DNA from: a virus
Taxonomy: Duplodnaviria > Caudoviricetes
Direction: 5' to 3' (one strand)
DNA: 64,000 nucleotides
Virus record (IMG/VR): IMGVR_UViG_3300037878_000134
Span: 1 to 64,000 of that record
The notes below the pieces were generated by a model. It saw only the letters and a list, made by a program, of their open reading frames with translations. It ran no database searches and was not told the origin of the DNA. The translations under genes were made by a program, and so were the position numbers. Position 1 is the first letter of the stretch. Each line of letters opens with the position of its first letter. Of the stretch, positions 38,471 through 47,139 are shown in pieces.

Positions 38471-39507
38471 TGAAAAATCTTCCATTCCCCAAGAGTCTCC
38501 TGGACTTCCAGCGTCTGTTCGGAAGTAATGAAGCTTGCGCCAAGTACCTGGAACAGGTGCGCTGGCCTGACGGCTGGACTTGCCCACATTGCCAAGATAA
38601 AGCCGATCCGATTCGGATCTCTACCCGTCCGCACGTCTTGCGCTGCCGGGCCTGCAAGAAGGAAACGAGGCTCACCGCCGGGACGGTCATGCAGGATAGT
38701 CACACCGACCTTCTGACGTGGTTCTGGGCCGCCTACCTCGTCACGAGCTTAACGCCGGGCATGTCGGCCGTACAGTTTCAGCGTCAGCTTGGAATCAAGC
38801 GATACGAAACGGCTTTCCAGCTTTTACACAAGCTCCGAGCTGGCATGGTCCGTATGGACGCAGACCAAATTGGCGGCGTCAACACGGTCGAGCTGGACGA
38901 GGTTTGGATTGGTGGACGAACCCGTGGTGAAGGTAAGGGCACCCATCACAAGACGCTCGTGGTGGGCTGCGTGGAGGTTTGCCATCGCAAAGGCCCCAAG
39001 CCGACCGAGAATCCCTTTGGCGAGCACAGCAAGGCCGTCCCGCGTCGATCTGGGAAGTACGCCGGACGCATTCGCCTAGCCGTGGTGTCTGATCGCACAT
39101 CCGAGTCTCTGGTCGGGTTCGCGCGCTCGGCCATTGCGCCGGGCTCGGATGTCATCACGGACGACTGCCCGAGCTACGCAAGCCTCAAGAAGTACGATTT
39201 CAAGCACCAGGCTTTCGCGGAGAACGGCGATCCGAACGTGGCCGAGGAGAAGATGCCCCTCATTCACCTGGTCTTCTCAAACCTCAAGGCGTGGCTGCTG
39301 GGGATTCACCACGGTGTGAGTCCGCAGCACCTACAGACCTACCTGAACGAGTTCACGTTCCGTTTCAACCGGCGCTTCTACCCGTTCAATTCGTTTCGGT
39401 CGATCTTGGGCATCGGGGTAAATACCAAATCGCTCACCTATGAAGAGCTTTACGACCCAGAGTGTAAACACAGCAGTTTCGCGGATGTTCACTTTGTCGG
39501 AGAATAA
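38470..39507 (+). CDS. IS1595-family DDE transposase
   Basis: Zn ribbon CPHC...CRAC, ELDEVWIGG, ITDD, YLNEFTFRFNRR. Confidence 0.92.
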   Translation: MKNLPFPKSLLDFQRLFGSNEACAKYLEQVRWPDGWTCPHCQDKADPIRISTRPHVLRCRACKKETRLTAGTVMQDSHTDLLTWFWAAYLVTSLTPGMSAVQFQRQLGIKRYETAFQLLHKLRAGMVRMDADQIGGVNTVELDEVWIGGRTRGEGKGTHHKTLVVGCVEVCHRKGPKPTENPFGEHSKAVPRRSGKYAGRIRLAVVSDRTSESLVGFARSAIAPGSDVITDDCPSYASLKKYDFKHQAFAENGDPNVAEEKMPLIHLVFSNLKAWLLGIHHGVSPQHLQTYLNEFTFRFNRRFYPFNSFRSILGIGVNTKSLTYEELYDPECKHSSFADVHFVGE

Positions 39508-39761
39508 CAAGTGTATGAACCGGATAAGCATGTCTTGAACGTCGGCGGGTGTACAGTGATCGCCTGCGGCCGCGGCGGCTTCAAGCGGTGCTCTGTGCCT
39601 GGCTGCACTCGCCGCGGTGAGCGCCTTTGCGACTACCCCGTCACACGGGCCGGTGTGCAGGAAACGTGCGACGTGCGGCTGTGCCTCGGGCACGCTGCCA
39701 GCCAGGGGCCGGACCGCGACTATTGTCCCGCGCACGCCAAGCTAGCGGGCAGGGTCGCGCC

Positions 39762-39959
39762 ATGAAAAAGGCGGCGACCTCATCTCCCGACCCGAACGCG
39801 CGCTGTCCGCACGTCACGCCGTCGGGTGATCCGTGCTGCGCGCCGGTTGACCATTGGGACGGCAGGCATCTGTTCCGCTGCCCCGGGCCCAGCTGCCCAG
39901 GCCTGCCCAGTCTCCCGCGCGAACACCCAATAACCTGCAAAGAGGAGTTTAAGGCGTAG
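39762..39959 (+). CDS. small Cys/His-rich protein
   Basis: 65 aa. Confidence 0.45.
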   Translation: MKKAATSSPDPNARCPHVTPSGDPCCAPVDHWDGRHLFRCPGPSCPGLPSLPREHPITCKEEFKA

Positions 39960-40112
39960 CTGTTTCGACGTCACTACCCCGAAAGGAAAGCAATTGTCTG
40001 ACATGACCACACAGGCGCTTACGGAACAGTCGCGCAGTTGTGGAGAAGTTGTTGATTGGGACACACTCGGCGCCCCAGTCGCTTTCTCTTACCGCTCGAT
40101 CCTGGTTGCCGG

Positions 40113-40571
40113 ATGAAATCATCACTGAAGAAAACGGCCCCGAACCTCATCACTGCCGCCCAGTTCGCGCGGATCCTCTCCCACACGCCCTTGGCGACAT
40201 TCCGGGTGCTGCTCCTGCTCTTGTGGGACACGGGCATGCGTGTCGGCGAGGCACTCCCTTTGCGCCGGGTGCAGTTTTCCCGACGGGGAAACGGCGGAGG
40301 AGCAATCGAGCTTGGGCCCGACAGGAAGACCGGGCGAGCGCGGACGGTGTTTCTCACGAGACGCGCCGCCAAAGCACTCGAATCCTTGCCCGATCGCGGG
40401 CCCTACTTTTTCTGTGGGCGCGACGGCGAGCCGCTCGGCTACACGTACCTGTACAGAATCTTCGCAGTCGCCGTCAAAAGGGCAAAAGTGCCGTGGGCTC
40501 CGGGCCTGCACACACTGAGGAAGTCCGCGTTCTACCGGATGACTCACCACTCGATCCTGGTTGCAAAATGA
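40113..40571 (+). CDS. internally deleted duplicate of the adjacent integrase
   Basis: N-terminal KSSLKKTAPNLITAAQ fused directly to FARILSH...DTGMRVGE...HTLRKS; lacks the core-binding domain and the catalytic His/Tyr. Confidence 0.75.
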   Translation: MKSSLKKTAPNLITAAQFARILSHTPLATFRVLLLLLWDTGMRVGEALPLRRVQFSRRGNGGGAIELGPDRKTGRARTVFLTRRAAKALESLPDRGPYFFCGRDGEPLGYTYLYRIFAVAVKRAKVPWAPGLHTLRKSAFYRMTHHSILVAK

Positions 40572-41656
40572 AGCCGAAATCATCGCTCAGCAAAACAGAT
40601 CCCAACCTCATTGCCGCCGCTCAGCTGCTCCTGTCCCACGTCCAGGACCAACTGGAGGAATCGCCGACCATAAAGGACTTGTGGGAGAAGTATTTCGCCT
40701 CGGAGGGACAGCATCTCCGTAGTGCAGATAGACTGAGCGCGGCCTGGAAGTTCTTTCACGCGATCCGTGGCACCGACGGCATCCCGTTCGAGAAGCGCCA
40801 GGCGCTCACGATCGATAATGCCGTCATCGAAGAATTCCGGGCGGCCATGCGCATATCGCCGCTCAGCGGCCGTGCGACCAAGCCGGCGACCCGAAACCGA
40901 ATGCTAAGCGTGGTTCAGCGCGTGCTCCACTGGTCGCATCAGAATGGCCTGATCTCGCACATGCCGATTGCGGGAGTCCACCTCGAAGCGGAGCACAACA
41001 TCCCGAAGACAAAATTGCGCACGGACGAGGAATTCGGGCGGATCCTCGCCCACATACCGGTAGCGACGTTCCGAGTGCTGCTTTTGCTGCTTTGGGATAC
41101 CGGTATGCGTGTCGGCGAGGCTTTGAAACTGCGGCGGGTGCAATTCTCCCCACGCATTAACGGGGGTGGAGTCGTCGAGCTCGGGCGCGACGAAACCAAG
41201 ACCGGGCGAGCGCGGACCGTGTTTCTCACGAGACGCGTCGCCAAGGCGCTCGAATCCTTGCCCGATCGCGGGCCCTACTTTTTCTGCAAGCCCAATGGCG
41301 GCACCTTCAGCTACGCCTATCTGTACAGGATATTTGCGTTGGCGGCCGAGAGGGCGAAGTTGCCCTGCGCTCCCGGCGAGACGATCCACCTGCACACGCT
41401 CAGGCATTCCGCGCTCTACCGGATGCGGACGCTCTGCCACTGGCCCCAGCAGCTCTGCATGCGCCAGTCCGGTCACACGACAACCAGCGCGTTTTTTCGC
41501 TACGGCATCGCTGACGAGCAGGAGATGACCACGGCCATGGACACGTATGAAAGCGTGCTTCAGGGCCGACTCCCACCGCGACCAGCGCACAACCCCCACG
41601 CGATGGAGAGCACGGAAGACTTGGCAAACGCAGACGTACTGGCCGCTCAAAAATAG
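40568..41656 (+). CDS. int: tyrosine recombinase/integrase
   Basis: DTGMRVGE (R), TKTG (K), HTLRH (HxxR), SGH (H), FRYG (Y). Confidence 0.9.
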   Translation: MKPKSSLSKTDPNLIAAAQLLLSHVQDQLEESPTIKDLWEKYFASEGQHLRSADRLSAAWKFFHAIRGTDGIPFEKRQALTIDNAVIEEFRAAMRISPLSGRATKPATRNRMLSVVQRVLHWSHQNGLISHMPIAGVHLEAEHNIPKTKLRTDEEFGRILAHIPVATFRVLLLLLWDTGMRVGEALKLRRVQFSPRINGGGVVELGRDETKTGRARTVFLTRRVAKALESLPDRGPYFFCKPNGGTFSYAYLYRIFALAAERAKLPCAPGETIHLHTLRHSALYRMRTLCHWPQQLCMRQSGHTTTSAFFRYGIADEQEMTTAMDTYESVLQGRLPPRPAHNPHAMESTEDLANADVLAAQK

Positions 41657-41842
41657 TCGAGACAAAGTGATTGACAGCGGAATGGCGGGCGATGCAGTAT
41701 GCTGCCCGATGGGATGTAGGGGCATACAGATTCTGCTTTCGGACATTCGAGGCGCGGTCTCTCCGCCACCGGCCCCGGGCATCTCATCAATCTCCGCAAA
41801 CCGGCGTCGACGGGACCGCGCCTCAAGTGCCCGAAAGTCAGA

Positions 41843-42236
41843 TTGCCAAAGCCTGCTCAGGGGGCCCTGCCTTGAGACGGACTCGACTGCTTGCCGAGCA
41901 CGGCTCAGACCGCCTCACAACGCTTGCTCAGGGAGCTACGCCTTGAGACATGCTGCCACATCCTGCAGCCATCCCGGCCCCGATGGGTCGCAACGCCCGC
42001 TCAGGGGGCCCTGCCTTGAGACGTACTGGACTGCTTGGCCAGCATGGCCCGGCCCGCACCACAAAGCCTGCTCAGGGGGCCATGTCTTGAGACACCGAAT
42101 AGGTGATCTCGTGGTGCGCCGGATGGTCGCGCGCAACGCCCGCTCAGGGGGCCCTGCCTTGAGACAGTCGACCTGGCCGTCCATCATCGCAGCCGCGGCA
42201 GCTCCTAATGCCCGCTCAAGGGGCCACGCCTTGAGA
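41843..42236 (+). CRISPR. satellite CRISPR array 2: 6 variant repeats, 5 spacers
   Basis: Repeats at 41843, 41914, 41987, 42058, 42130, 42202 share the core GCTCAGGGGGC-NNN-GCCTTGAGAC; spacers 35-37 nt. Confidence 0.88.
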
Positions 42237-42484
42237 TCCGCAGATGTGGCAGTGAGAGAGGCGGAGTTGAGTGCTGTTTTTCAGCACAAGATAAAGTGCA
42301 TTCGGACTGCATTTGGTCAAATGCCGAAAATAGCACTCTACTTTCCTCTACAACTCCGCGAATTCATTGGGGCCAGCCGCGGATGGGGTCGCCGATGCGG
42401 TCCCGCACATCAACTGCGCAGGGGCGATGCAAGGCCCCCAATTCTTCGCCCGCTCGCCCGCGCGCTGGCTATCATCGACAGAAC

Positions 42485-42558
42485 TGCAGGGTCGCCAAGT
42501 GGACAAAGGCTCCAGGCTCATAACCTGGCATTCGTGGGTTCGACTCCTACCCCTGCAA
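42485..42558 (+). tRNA. tRNA with CAT anticodon (Met or Ile2), no encoded CCA
   Basis: Acceptor TGCAGGG/CCCTGCA; D-arm; CCAGG-CTCATAA-CCTGG; T-arm GTGGG-TTCGACT-CCTAC. Confidence 0.88.
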
Positions 42559-42724
42559 CTGCCTTAACGCTCTCTTTCCTGGCTGGGGGAAGCGCAGGCA
42601 ACAAAGGGCAACGGCTAGGTGGGGCTCCGCGGGGGCCTGAATGGTCCGCCCGCCCACATTGTGGAAAGTCCCTATCAGCGCTCCGGCCCGCGGCCGCCGC
42701 TGGGGGCAGCGAGAGCTCGTGGTC

Positions 42725-43510
42725 ATGAGACGCAACATGTTCGAGCTTCTCCGCGATCGCTACCCGGCGCAGTCCTACGCGTTGTTTCGGGAGGTCCAAT
42801 CTGCAACGGCCTACCAGGGCAGACAACGCGCCGACGCCGTGGCAATGGGTTTGTGGCCGTCCCGCGGGCTCGACATGATCGGCTTTGAATTCAAGGCCCA
42901 TCGGGGGGACTGGCTGCGTGAGCTGGGGCATCCCAGGAAAGCAGAGGAGATCTTCCAGTATTGCGATCGTTGGTATCTCGTCGCGCACCCGGGCGTCGCC
43001 CAGGCTGCGGAGATTCCGACCACTTGGGGCTGGCTGATTGCGGAAGAACGTCTGGAAGAGGCCAAGCAGGCTCCGCAGTTGCAGCCGAAACCGATCGGAA
43101 GAGAATTTCTGGCCTCCCTCTTGCGCTCAGCACAGACGGACCGCGATCGCCCAGCGAAAGAGATACGCCTCGCGCTAGCCGGTGAAATACGTCGAGAAGT
43201 GGCGGAGGAGTCAGAGAGGGTGCTCAACCAGCTTCGCGAGCAAATCACGACCGACGGCGAGCAACACCGCAAGCAGATCCAACACATCGAAAGCGCGCTC
43301 GGTGTGAGTCTTAGTGGCTGGAATCTCCCCGTAGAGACGGTGGGCGCGGCGCTGGGCCTCGTGATGGATGACTCAGGTGGGCTGTTGCAACGTTTTTCCC
43401 GTGCAAAGGGCATAATCGCCGATTTGCTGACCAGCATCGAGGACGCGGAAACCGAGCTTGGCGGCCTCTGTAAAGCACAAGCGCGGCAAGGCGCCGAGGT
43501 AACACCATGA
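42725..43510 (+). CDS. MmcB-like PD-(D/E)XK nuclease
   Basis: RADAVAMGLWPSRG...GFEFKAHRGDWLREL..KAE...YCDRWYLV. Confidence 0.7.
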   Translation: MRRNMFELLRDRYPAQSYALFREVQSATAYQGRQRADAVAMGLWPSRGLDMIGFEFKAHRGDWLRELGHPRKAEEIFQYCDRWYLVAHPGVAQAAEIPTTWGWLIAEERLEEAKQAPQLQPKPIGREFLASLLRSAQTDRDRPAKEIRLALAGEIRREVAEESERVLNQLREQITTDGEQHRKQIQHIESALGVSLSGWNLPVETVGAALGLVMDDSGGLLQRFSRAKGIIADLLTSIEDAETELGGLCKAQARQGAEVTP

Positions 43511-43722
43511 AGTCCATCGTTTTCCTGCGGAGTCTCCTCCGGTTTCTCGCGGGCCTCCCCTGCCTCTTTGGCCGCCACCGCTGGACCGAGGCGTTCATGC
43601 TCGAGCGGCCCCACCTGGTCGTGCGCGCGTGCGAACACTGTCCCCGCCACCAGCGCCGCGTCGGCGGCTGGTGGTGCCCGTGCGACGAGGGGGGCTCGTT
43701 CGTCCTGCAGCCGCAGAGGTAA
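43507..43722 (+). CDS. small Cys/His-rich protein
   Basis: 71 aa; CLFGRHRW motif. Confidence 0.5.
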   Translation: MKSIVFLRSLLRFLAGLPCLFGRHRWTEAFMLERPHLVVRACEHCPRHQRRVGGWWCPCDEGGSFVLQPQR

Positions 43723-43728
43723 TCACCC

Positions 43729-44979
43729 ATGGACTGGGCAAACGAAAAATACGTCCGCGTCTACACCCGGGACACGACCACATGGAAGCTGCTCCCGTGG
43801 CAGGCCAAGGCGATCTTGCCGCTCATCTTCCGCAAGGTCGATCGATCCGGGCTGCTCGACCTAGGAGCCGATGGCTTGCCGGGACTCGCCGCCCTTCTCG
43901 AGATGCCAGTCGAGCTCGTGGAGGCAGGGATGCCGGACCTGCTGCGCAGGGAGATCGTGGTCATCGAGGGAGGCACCCTCGTCGTACTGAATTTCATCGA
44001 AGCGCAGGAGACGCCATCGACCCCGGCCAGCCGTCAGAGAGACAGCAGGGAGCGCCGGCGGGACATGATCCGGCGCGGCCTGGCGCCCGAGCAACGTGGG
44101 TCCGTCGTCTACTTTTTGCAGTCCGAAGACGGCGGCCCGATCAAGATCGGTCGGAGCGACGACGTCGCCAAGCGAATCCTGCAGATGCAAATGGCACGAC
44201 CGGACAAGCTCGTCCTGCTCGCAGCCGTCCCGGGCGAGTACGCGGACGAGACGAGGATCCACCGTGCCTTCGCGGCTGAGCGAGTCTACGGCGAGTGGTT
44301 CGCGGCCTCCCCTGGGCTCGTCCAGCTGGCCGGCATCGCGGCGCGCGACAACGCGATCCCCTGTGACCTGTCACGATTCGTGACCAGTCACGCTGACGCG
44401 GTAGGGTGTGACATGTCACAAAACGTGACCAGTCACAGTGACACGGCGAGGTGTGACCAGTCACGAAACGTGACCAGTCACTCTGTACTGGACTATGCTG
44501 TACCGAGATCGCCGCGCGTGGGATCCGGATCTGGATCCGATCCTCTCTCAGTTCAGGATCCGGATCCGGAGCGCGCGCGTAGCAAGTTGCCTGCCAATGA
44601 GCCGGGCAAGCCCACCGCCCGGCACGTGCTCAACCGCTTCGCGGCAATCCGGGGCGAGGTGTGCGCCACCAACGTGCTGTTCTACCAGCCCACCGAGGCG
44701 GCCGAGCAAAAGGGCGCTGCCTGGCTGAGCGAGATGCCACGGGACGCGGTCCCAGACATCGAGCCGGCGATCCGCCTGGCCTGCGAGCACGTCAAGCGCG
44801 GCGACGAGGGATGGACCGGCCAGAAGATGGCCGACGCCAACTTTCTCTGGGGAACCGTGCTCGCGAGGTGGACCGCCCTGCGCGAGGAGTTACACGGCTG
44901 CACTCCGCGGTCGCCTCCGCAACGAGGGGACAGGGCAACCGAACGGCAGAAGCTCATCGACTCATGGGGGAACGCATGA
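43729..44979 (+). CDS. replication initiator with an embedded GIY-YIG (T5orf172/MUG113-like) domain
   Basis: VYFLQ...IKIGRS....KRI..MQ...E..IH..F...RVYGEWF; iteron-like repeats inside the gene. Confidence 0.65.
   Translation: MDWANEKYVRVYTRDTTTWKLLPWQAKAILPLIFRKVDRSGLLDLGADGLPGLAALLEMPVELVEAGMPDLLRREIVVIEGGTLVVLNFIEAQETPSTPASRQRDSRERRRDMIRRGLAPEQRGSVVYFLQSEDGGPIKIGRSDDVAKRILQMQMARPDKLVLLAAVPGEYADETRIHRAFAAERVYGEWFAASPGLVQLAGIAARDNAIPCDLSRFVTSHADAVGCDMSQNVTSHSDTARCDQSRNVTSHSVLDYAVPRSPRVGSGSGSDPLSVQDPDPERARSKLPANEPGKPTARHVLNRFAAIRGEVCATNVLFYQPTEAAEQKGAAWLSEMPRDAVPDIEPAIRLACEHVKRGDEGWTGQKMADANFLWGTVLARWTALREELHGCTPRSPPQRGDRATERQKLIDSWGNA
44363..44481. repeat. iteron-like repeats (candidate replication origin)
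   Basis: Six GTGAC-NN-GTCAC palindromes at 44363, 44380, 44408, 44425, 44453, 44470; 45-bp period. Confidence 0.8.
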
Positions 44980-45341
44980 CGAACAACATCGACGAGGAAC
45001 AACGCAAGAAGGCACTGAGGGACGGGATGACCATGCTCGCGGCGGTGCCCGCCTACCGCTTCGAGGTCACCACAGCGACGCTCGACGTGTACTGGATGGT
45101 GCTCGGCCAGTACGACGCCCGCGTGATCAAACAGGCATTCGAGAAGGCGATCGCCGAAGAGCGAACCTGCCCCACCCCGGCGACGATCCGTGCCCACGCG
45201 CGCGGCTTCCAGGCCGAGCAGAATCGGACGCAGCCCCGGCCCTTTCGGTACCCCACCCCCGAAGAGGAAGCCGAAATCCAGCGCGAACTGCAAAGGCTCC
45301 GCAAGGACTGGCGGGCGAACAGCTCACGCTTCCGCGAGTAA
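44976..45341 (+). CDS. putative helicase loader/inhibitor (G39P-like)
   Basis: 121 aa after the initiator; YWMVL..YD...AFEKAI.....PTPATIR. Confidence 0.55.
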   Translation: MTNNIDEEQRKKALRDGMTMLAAVPAYRFEVTTATLDVYWMVLGQYDARVIKQAFEKAIAEERTCPTPATIRAHARGFQAEQNRTQPRPFRYPTPEEEAEIQRELQRLRKDWRANSSRFRE

Positions 45342-45359
45342 GCGAAAGGACCGACGACG

Positions 45360-45824
45360 ATGAAGGACAAGAAAGACAAGCCCGAAATCACGACGCAGAT
45401 CCTGCACTGCCGCCTCTCCACCGACGAGCTGCTGAAATACTCCGACCAGCTCTCCTGCGAGGTCAACGAGGTCGCCTCGCTGCAGGCCAAGAAGGCGGCC
45501 GCGGCCTCGGACTACAAGGCCAAGATCGAAGCCAAGGAAGAGATCATCACCGACCTGGCCCGCAAGGTCCGCACGAAGGAGGAAGATCGCGAGGTGGAGT
45601 GCGAGATCGTCAAGGACTGGGAGCACAAGTGCGTGCGCACCACCAGGAGGGACACCGGCGAGGTTGTCGGCGAGCGGGCGATGACGGCGGAGGAGATGCA
45701 GCGGATGATGTTCGACAAGGACGGCAAGCCGATGCAGTTCCCGAAAGCCCAGGGCGATGAATTCGCAAGCCCAGCGGCCAAGCCCGAAGGCACCGCCGAT
45801 GCCGCGCCACCCGCGCAACCCTAG
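45360..45824 (+). CDS. hypothetical coiled-coil protein
   Basis: 154 aa. Confidence 0.6.
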   Translation: MKDKKDKPEITTQILHCRLSTDELLKYSDQLSCEVNEVASLQAKKAAAASDYKAKIEAKEEIITDLARKVRTKEEDREVECEIVKDWEHKCVRTTRRDTGEVVGERAMTAEEMQRMMFDKDGKPMQFPKAQGDEFASPAAKPEGTADAAPPAQP

Positions 45825-45827
45825 GCG

Positions 45828-46514
45828 ATGTACGAGGCCGAGCCACCCACGTTCTGGGCCGAGGCCGGCGAGACCAGGAAGCCCTGGGCTCCGGACTGCG
45901 TTCTCTCTGCCATTCGCGATTGGCTGTTCGAGGCGGAACACGCAAAGGAGCTGTCGAGCGCGGGCGAGAAGGTGATGCCCTTGCTACTCGCCGGGCCGAC
46001 CAGGTGCGGGAAGACGTCGGTTGCCTGCGGTATCGCGCGCCACTTCGGGCTACCCGCACAGCGGATGGCCATCAGCTCGGTGATCGGGCAGTTCATGGGG
46101 CAGACGACCAAGGCCATGAAGAACGCCCTGGACGAGGCCTACCGGTCGCAACTGGGGGTGTGGATCATCGACGAGCTGGACGGCCTGTTCCAGCAGCGCA
46201 CGGGCGGGCACGGCCCGGAGCAGGAGATGACCAGCGCGATCTCCGTGGCCCTGGCCACCATCGAGGCGATGCCAGCCCACGTCTTGCTCGTCGGAACCAC
46301 CAACGAGATCGAGCTCATCGATCGCGCGATGGTGGCGCGCTTCTGTCTCGTCGAGTGGCCCCCCTGGGAGCGACTCTGCGAGGCCGATAAGAGGCAGTTT
46401 GCCAAGTCCCACGGGTGCGAGGAGGCCTGCGACGCTCGCTCGTACTCAGGCGCCGTCCAGTGGGCGCGCCGGGCCCGGGTGCGGAAGATCGTCCAGCAGG
46501 TGGCGGAAAGGTAG
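45828..46514 (+). CDS. AAA+ ATPase
   Basis: GPTRCGKTS, IIDELD, GTTNEIELIDRAMVARF (second region of homology). Confidence 0.85.
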   Translation: MYEAEPPTFWAEAGETRKPWAPDCVLSAIRDWLFEAEHAKELSSAGEKVMPLLLAGPTRCGKTSVACGIARHFGLPAQRMAISSVIGQFMGQTTKAMKNALDEAYRSQLGVWIIDELDGLFQQRTGGHGPEQEMTSAISVALATIEAMPAHVLLVGTTNEIELIDRAMVARFCLVEWPPWERLCEADKRQFAKSHGCEEACDARSYSGAVQWARRARVRKIVQQVAER

Positions 46515-46516
46515 CC

Positions 46517-46879
46517 ATGTCCTTGTTCAGTACGATCACGGGAAAGAAAATCGATCTCGCAGCCGAGAACCGGCGGCTACTTGATACGATCGCCAGCCTT
46601 CGCGCCCAGCTCGCCGACGAGCAGGCGCGGACGAAGCACGCGCACCAGGTCCTCGCACTGCTCGAGCGACGCTGGCGCGAGCTGCTAACCGCGCACATCG
46701 TCCGCGACACGTGCGTAGTGTGCGGCGCTTCCCTGGAGTTGCTAGAGGAGGCGCCCCACTGCGACGACTGCAAGCCGACGAGCGATGACATGGCCGAATG
46801 GTCCGCGAAGGCATCGGAAATCAAGAGTCTCATAACGCCGGTGCGCGAGAGGCACCCCAACCCCAGGAACGCCACATGA
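46517..46879 (+). CDS. coiled-coil and Zn-ribbon protein
   Basis: CVVC...CDDC. Confidence 0.5.
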   Translation: MSLFSTITGKKIDLAAENRRLLDTIASLRAQLADEQARTKHAHQVLALLERRWRELLTAHIVRDTCVVCGASLELLEEAPHCDDCKPTSDDMAEWSAKASEIKSLITPVRERHPNPRNAT

Positions 46880-47139
46880 GAGAAATCTACCACCGCGAAG
46901 GCAAGCGCCGCGACCAAGAGGCCGCTGAGCTGCTCACCAAGATGACCGTCGAAGACGTGGCGAAGGTCATGGGCATCAGCCCGTTGTCCGTGCGCACCTA
47001 CGGCAAGCACATGGCCTTGTCAAAGGCACGCCAGACCGACAACCTGCCCCGATGCCACTGCGGCTTGCTTCTGCCCTGCACCTGCACCGGGCGTCGGCGG
47101 GTCGAGGAGTTCATGGGACGCAAGGATGAGGTCTGGTGA
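46876..47139 (+). CDS. HTH protein
   Basis: TVEDVAKVMGISPLSVRTY. Confidence 0.55.
   Translation: MREIYHREGKRRDQEAAELLTKMTVEDVAKVMGISPLSVRTYGKHMALSKARQTDNLPRCHCGLLLPCTCTGRRRVEEFMGRKDEVW

Larger units (their letters stand above)
37566..39532 (+). mobile_element. IS1595-family element with two passenger genes
   Basis: TIRs CATGCTTATCCGGTTGACACAC (37566) and GTGTATGAACCGGATAAGCATG (ends 39532); 8-bp TSD TCTTGAAC at 37558-37565 and 39533-39540; visibly more AT-rich than flanks. Confidence 0.92.
37545..39765 (+). pseudogene. small Cys-rich Zn-finger gene split by the IS
   Basis: Removing the IS and one TSD gives MACRILNVGGCTVIACGRGGFKRC... in frame (37545-37565 joined to 39541-39765). Confidence 0.75.

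Noticed and set aside
42166-42201. Array-2 last spacer reads AAAMMDGQVD on the reverse strand, reminiscent of host HemB (MDGQV)
   Set aside because: Too short to assign without a database search
42485-42558. tRNA as a host attachment site marking the prophage boundary
   Set aside because: Phage replication genes continue downstream, and I found no duplicated tRNA 3' end in the window
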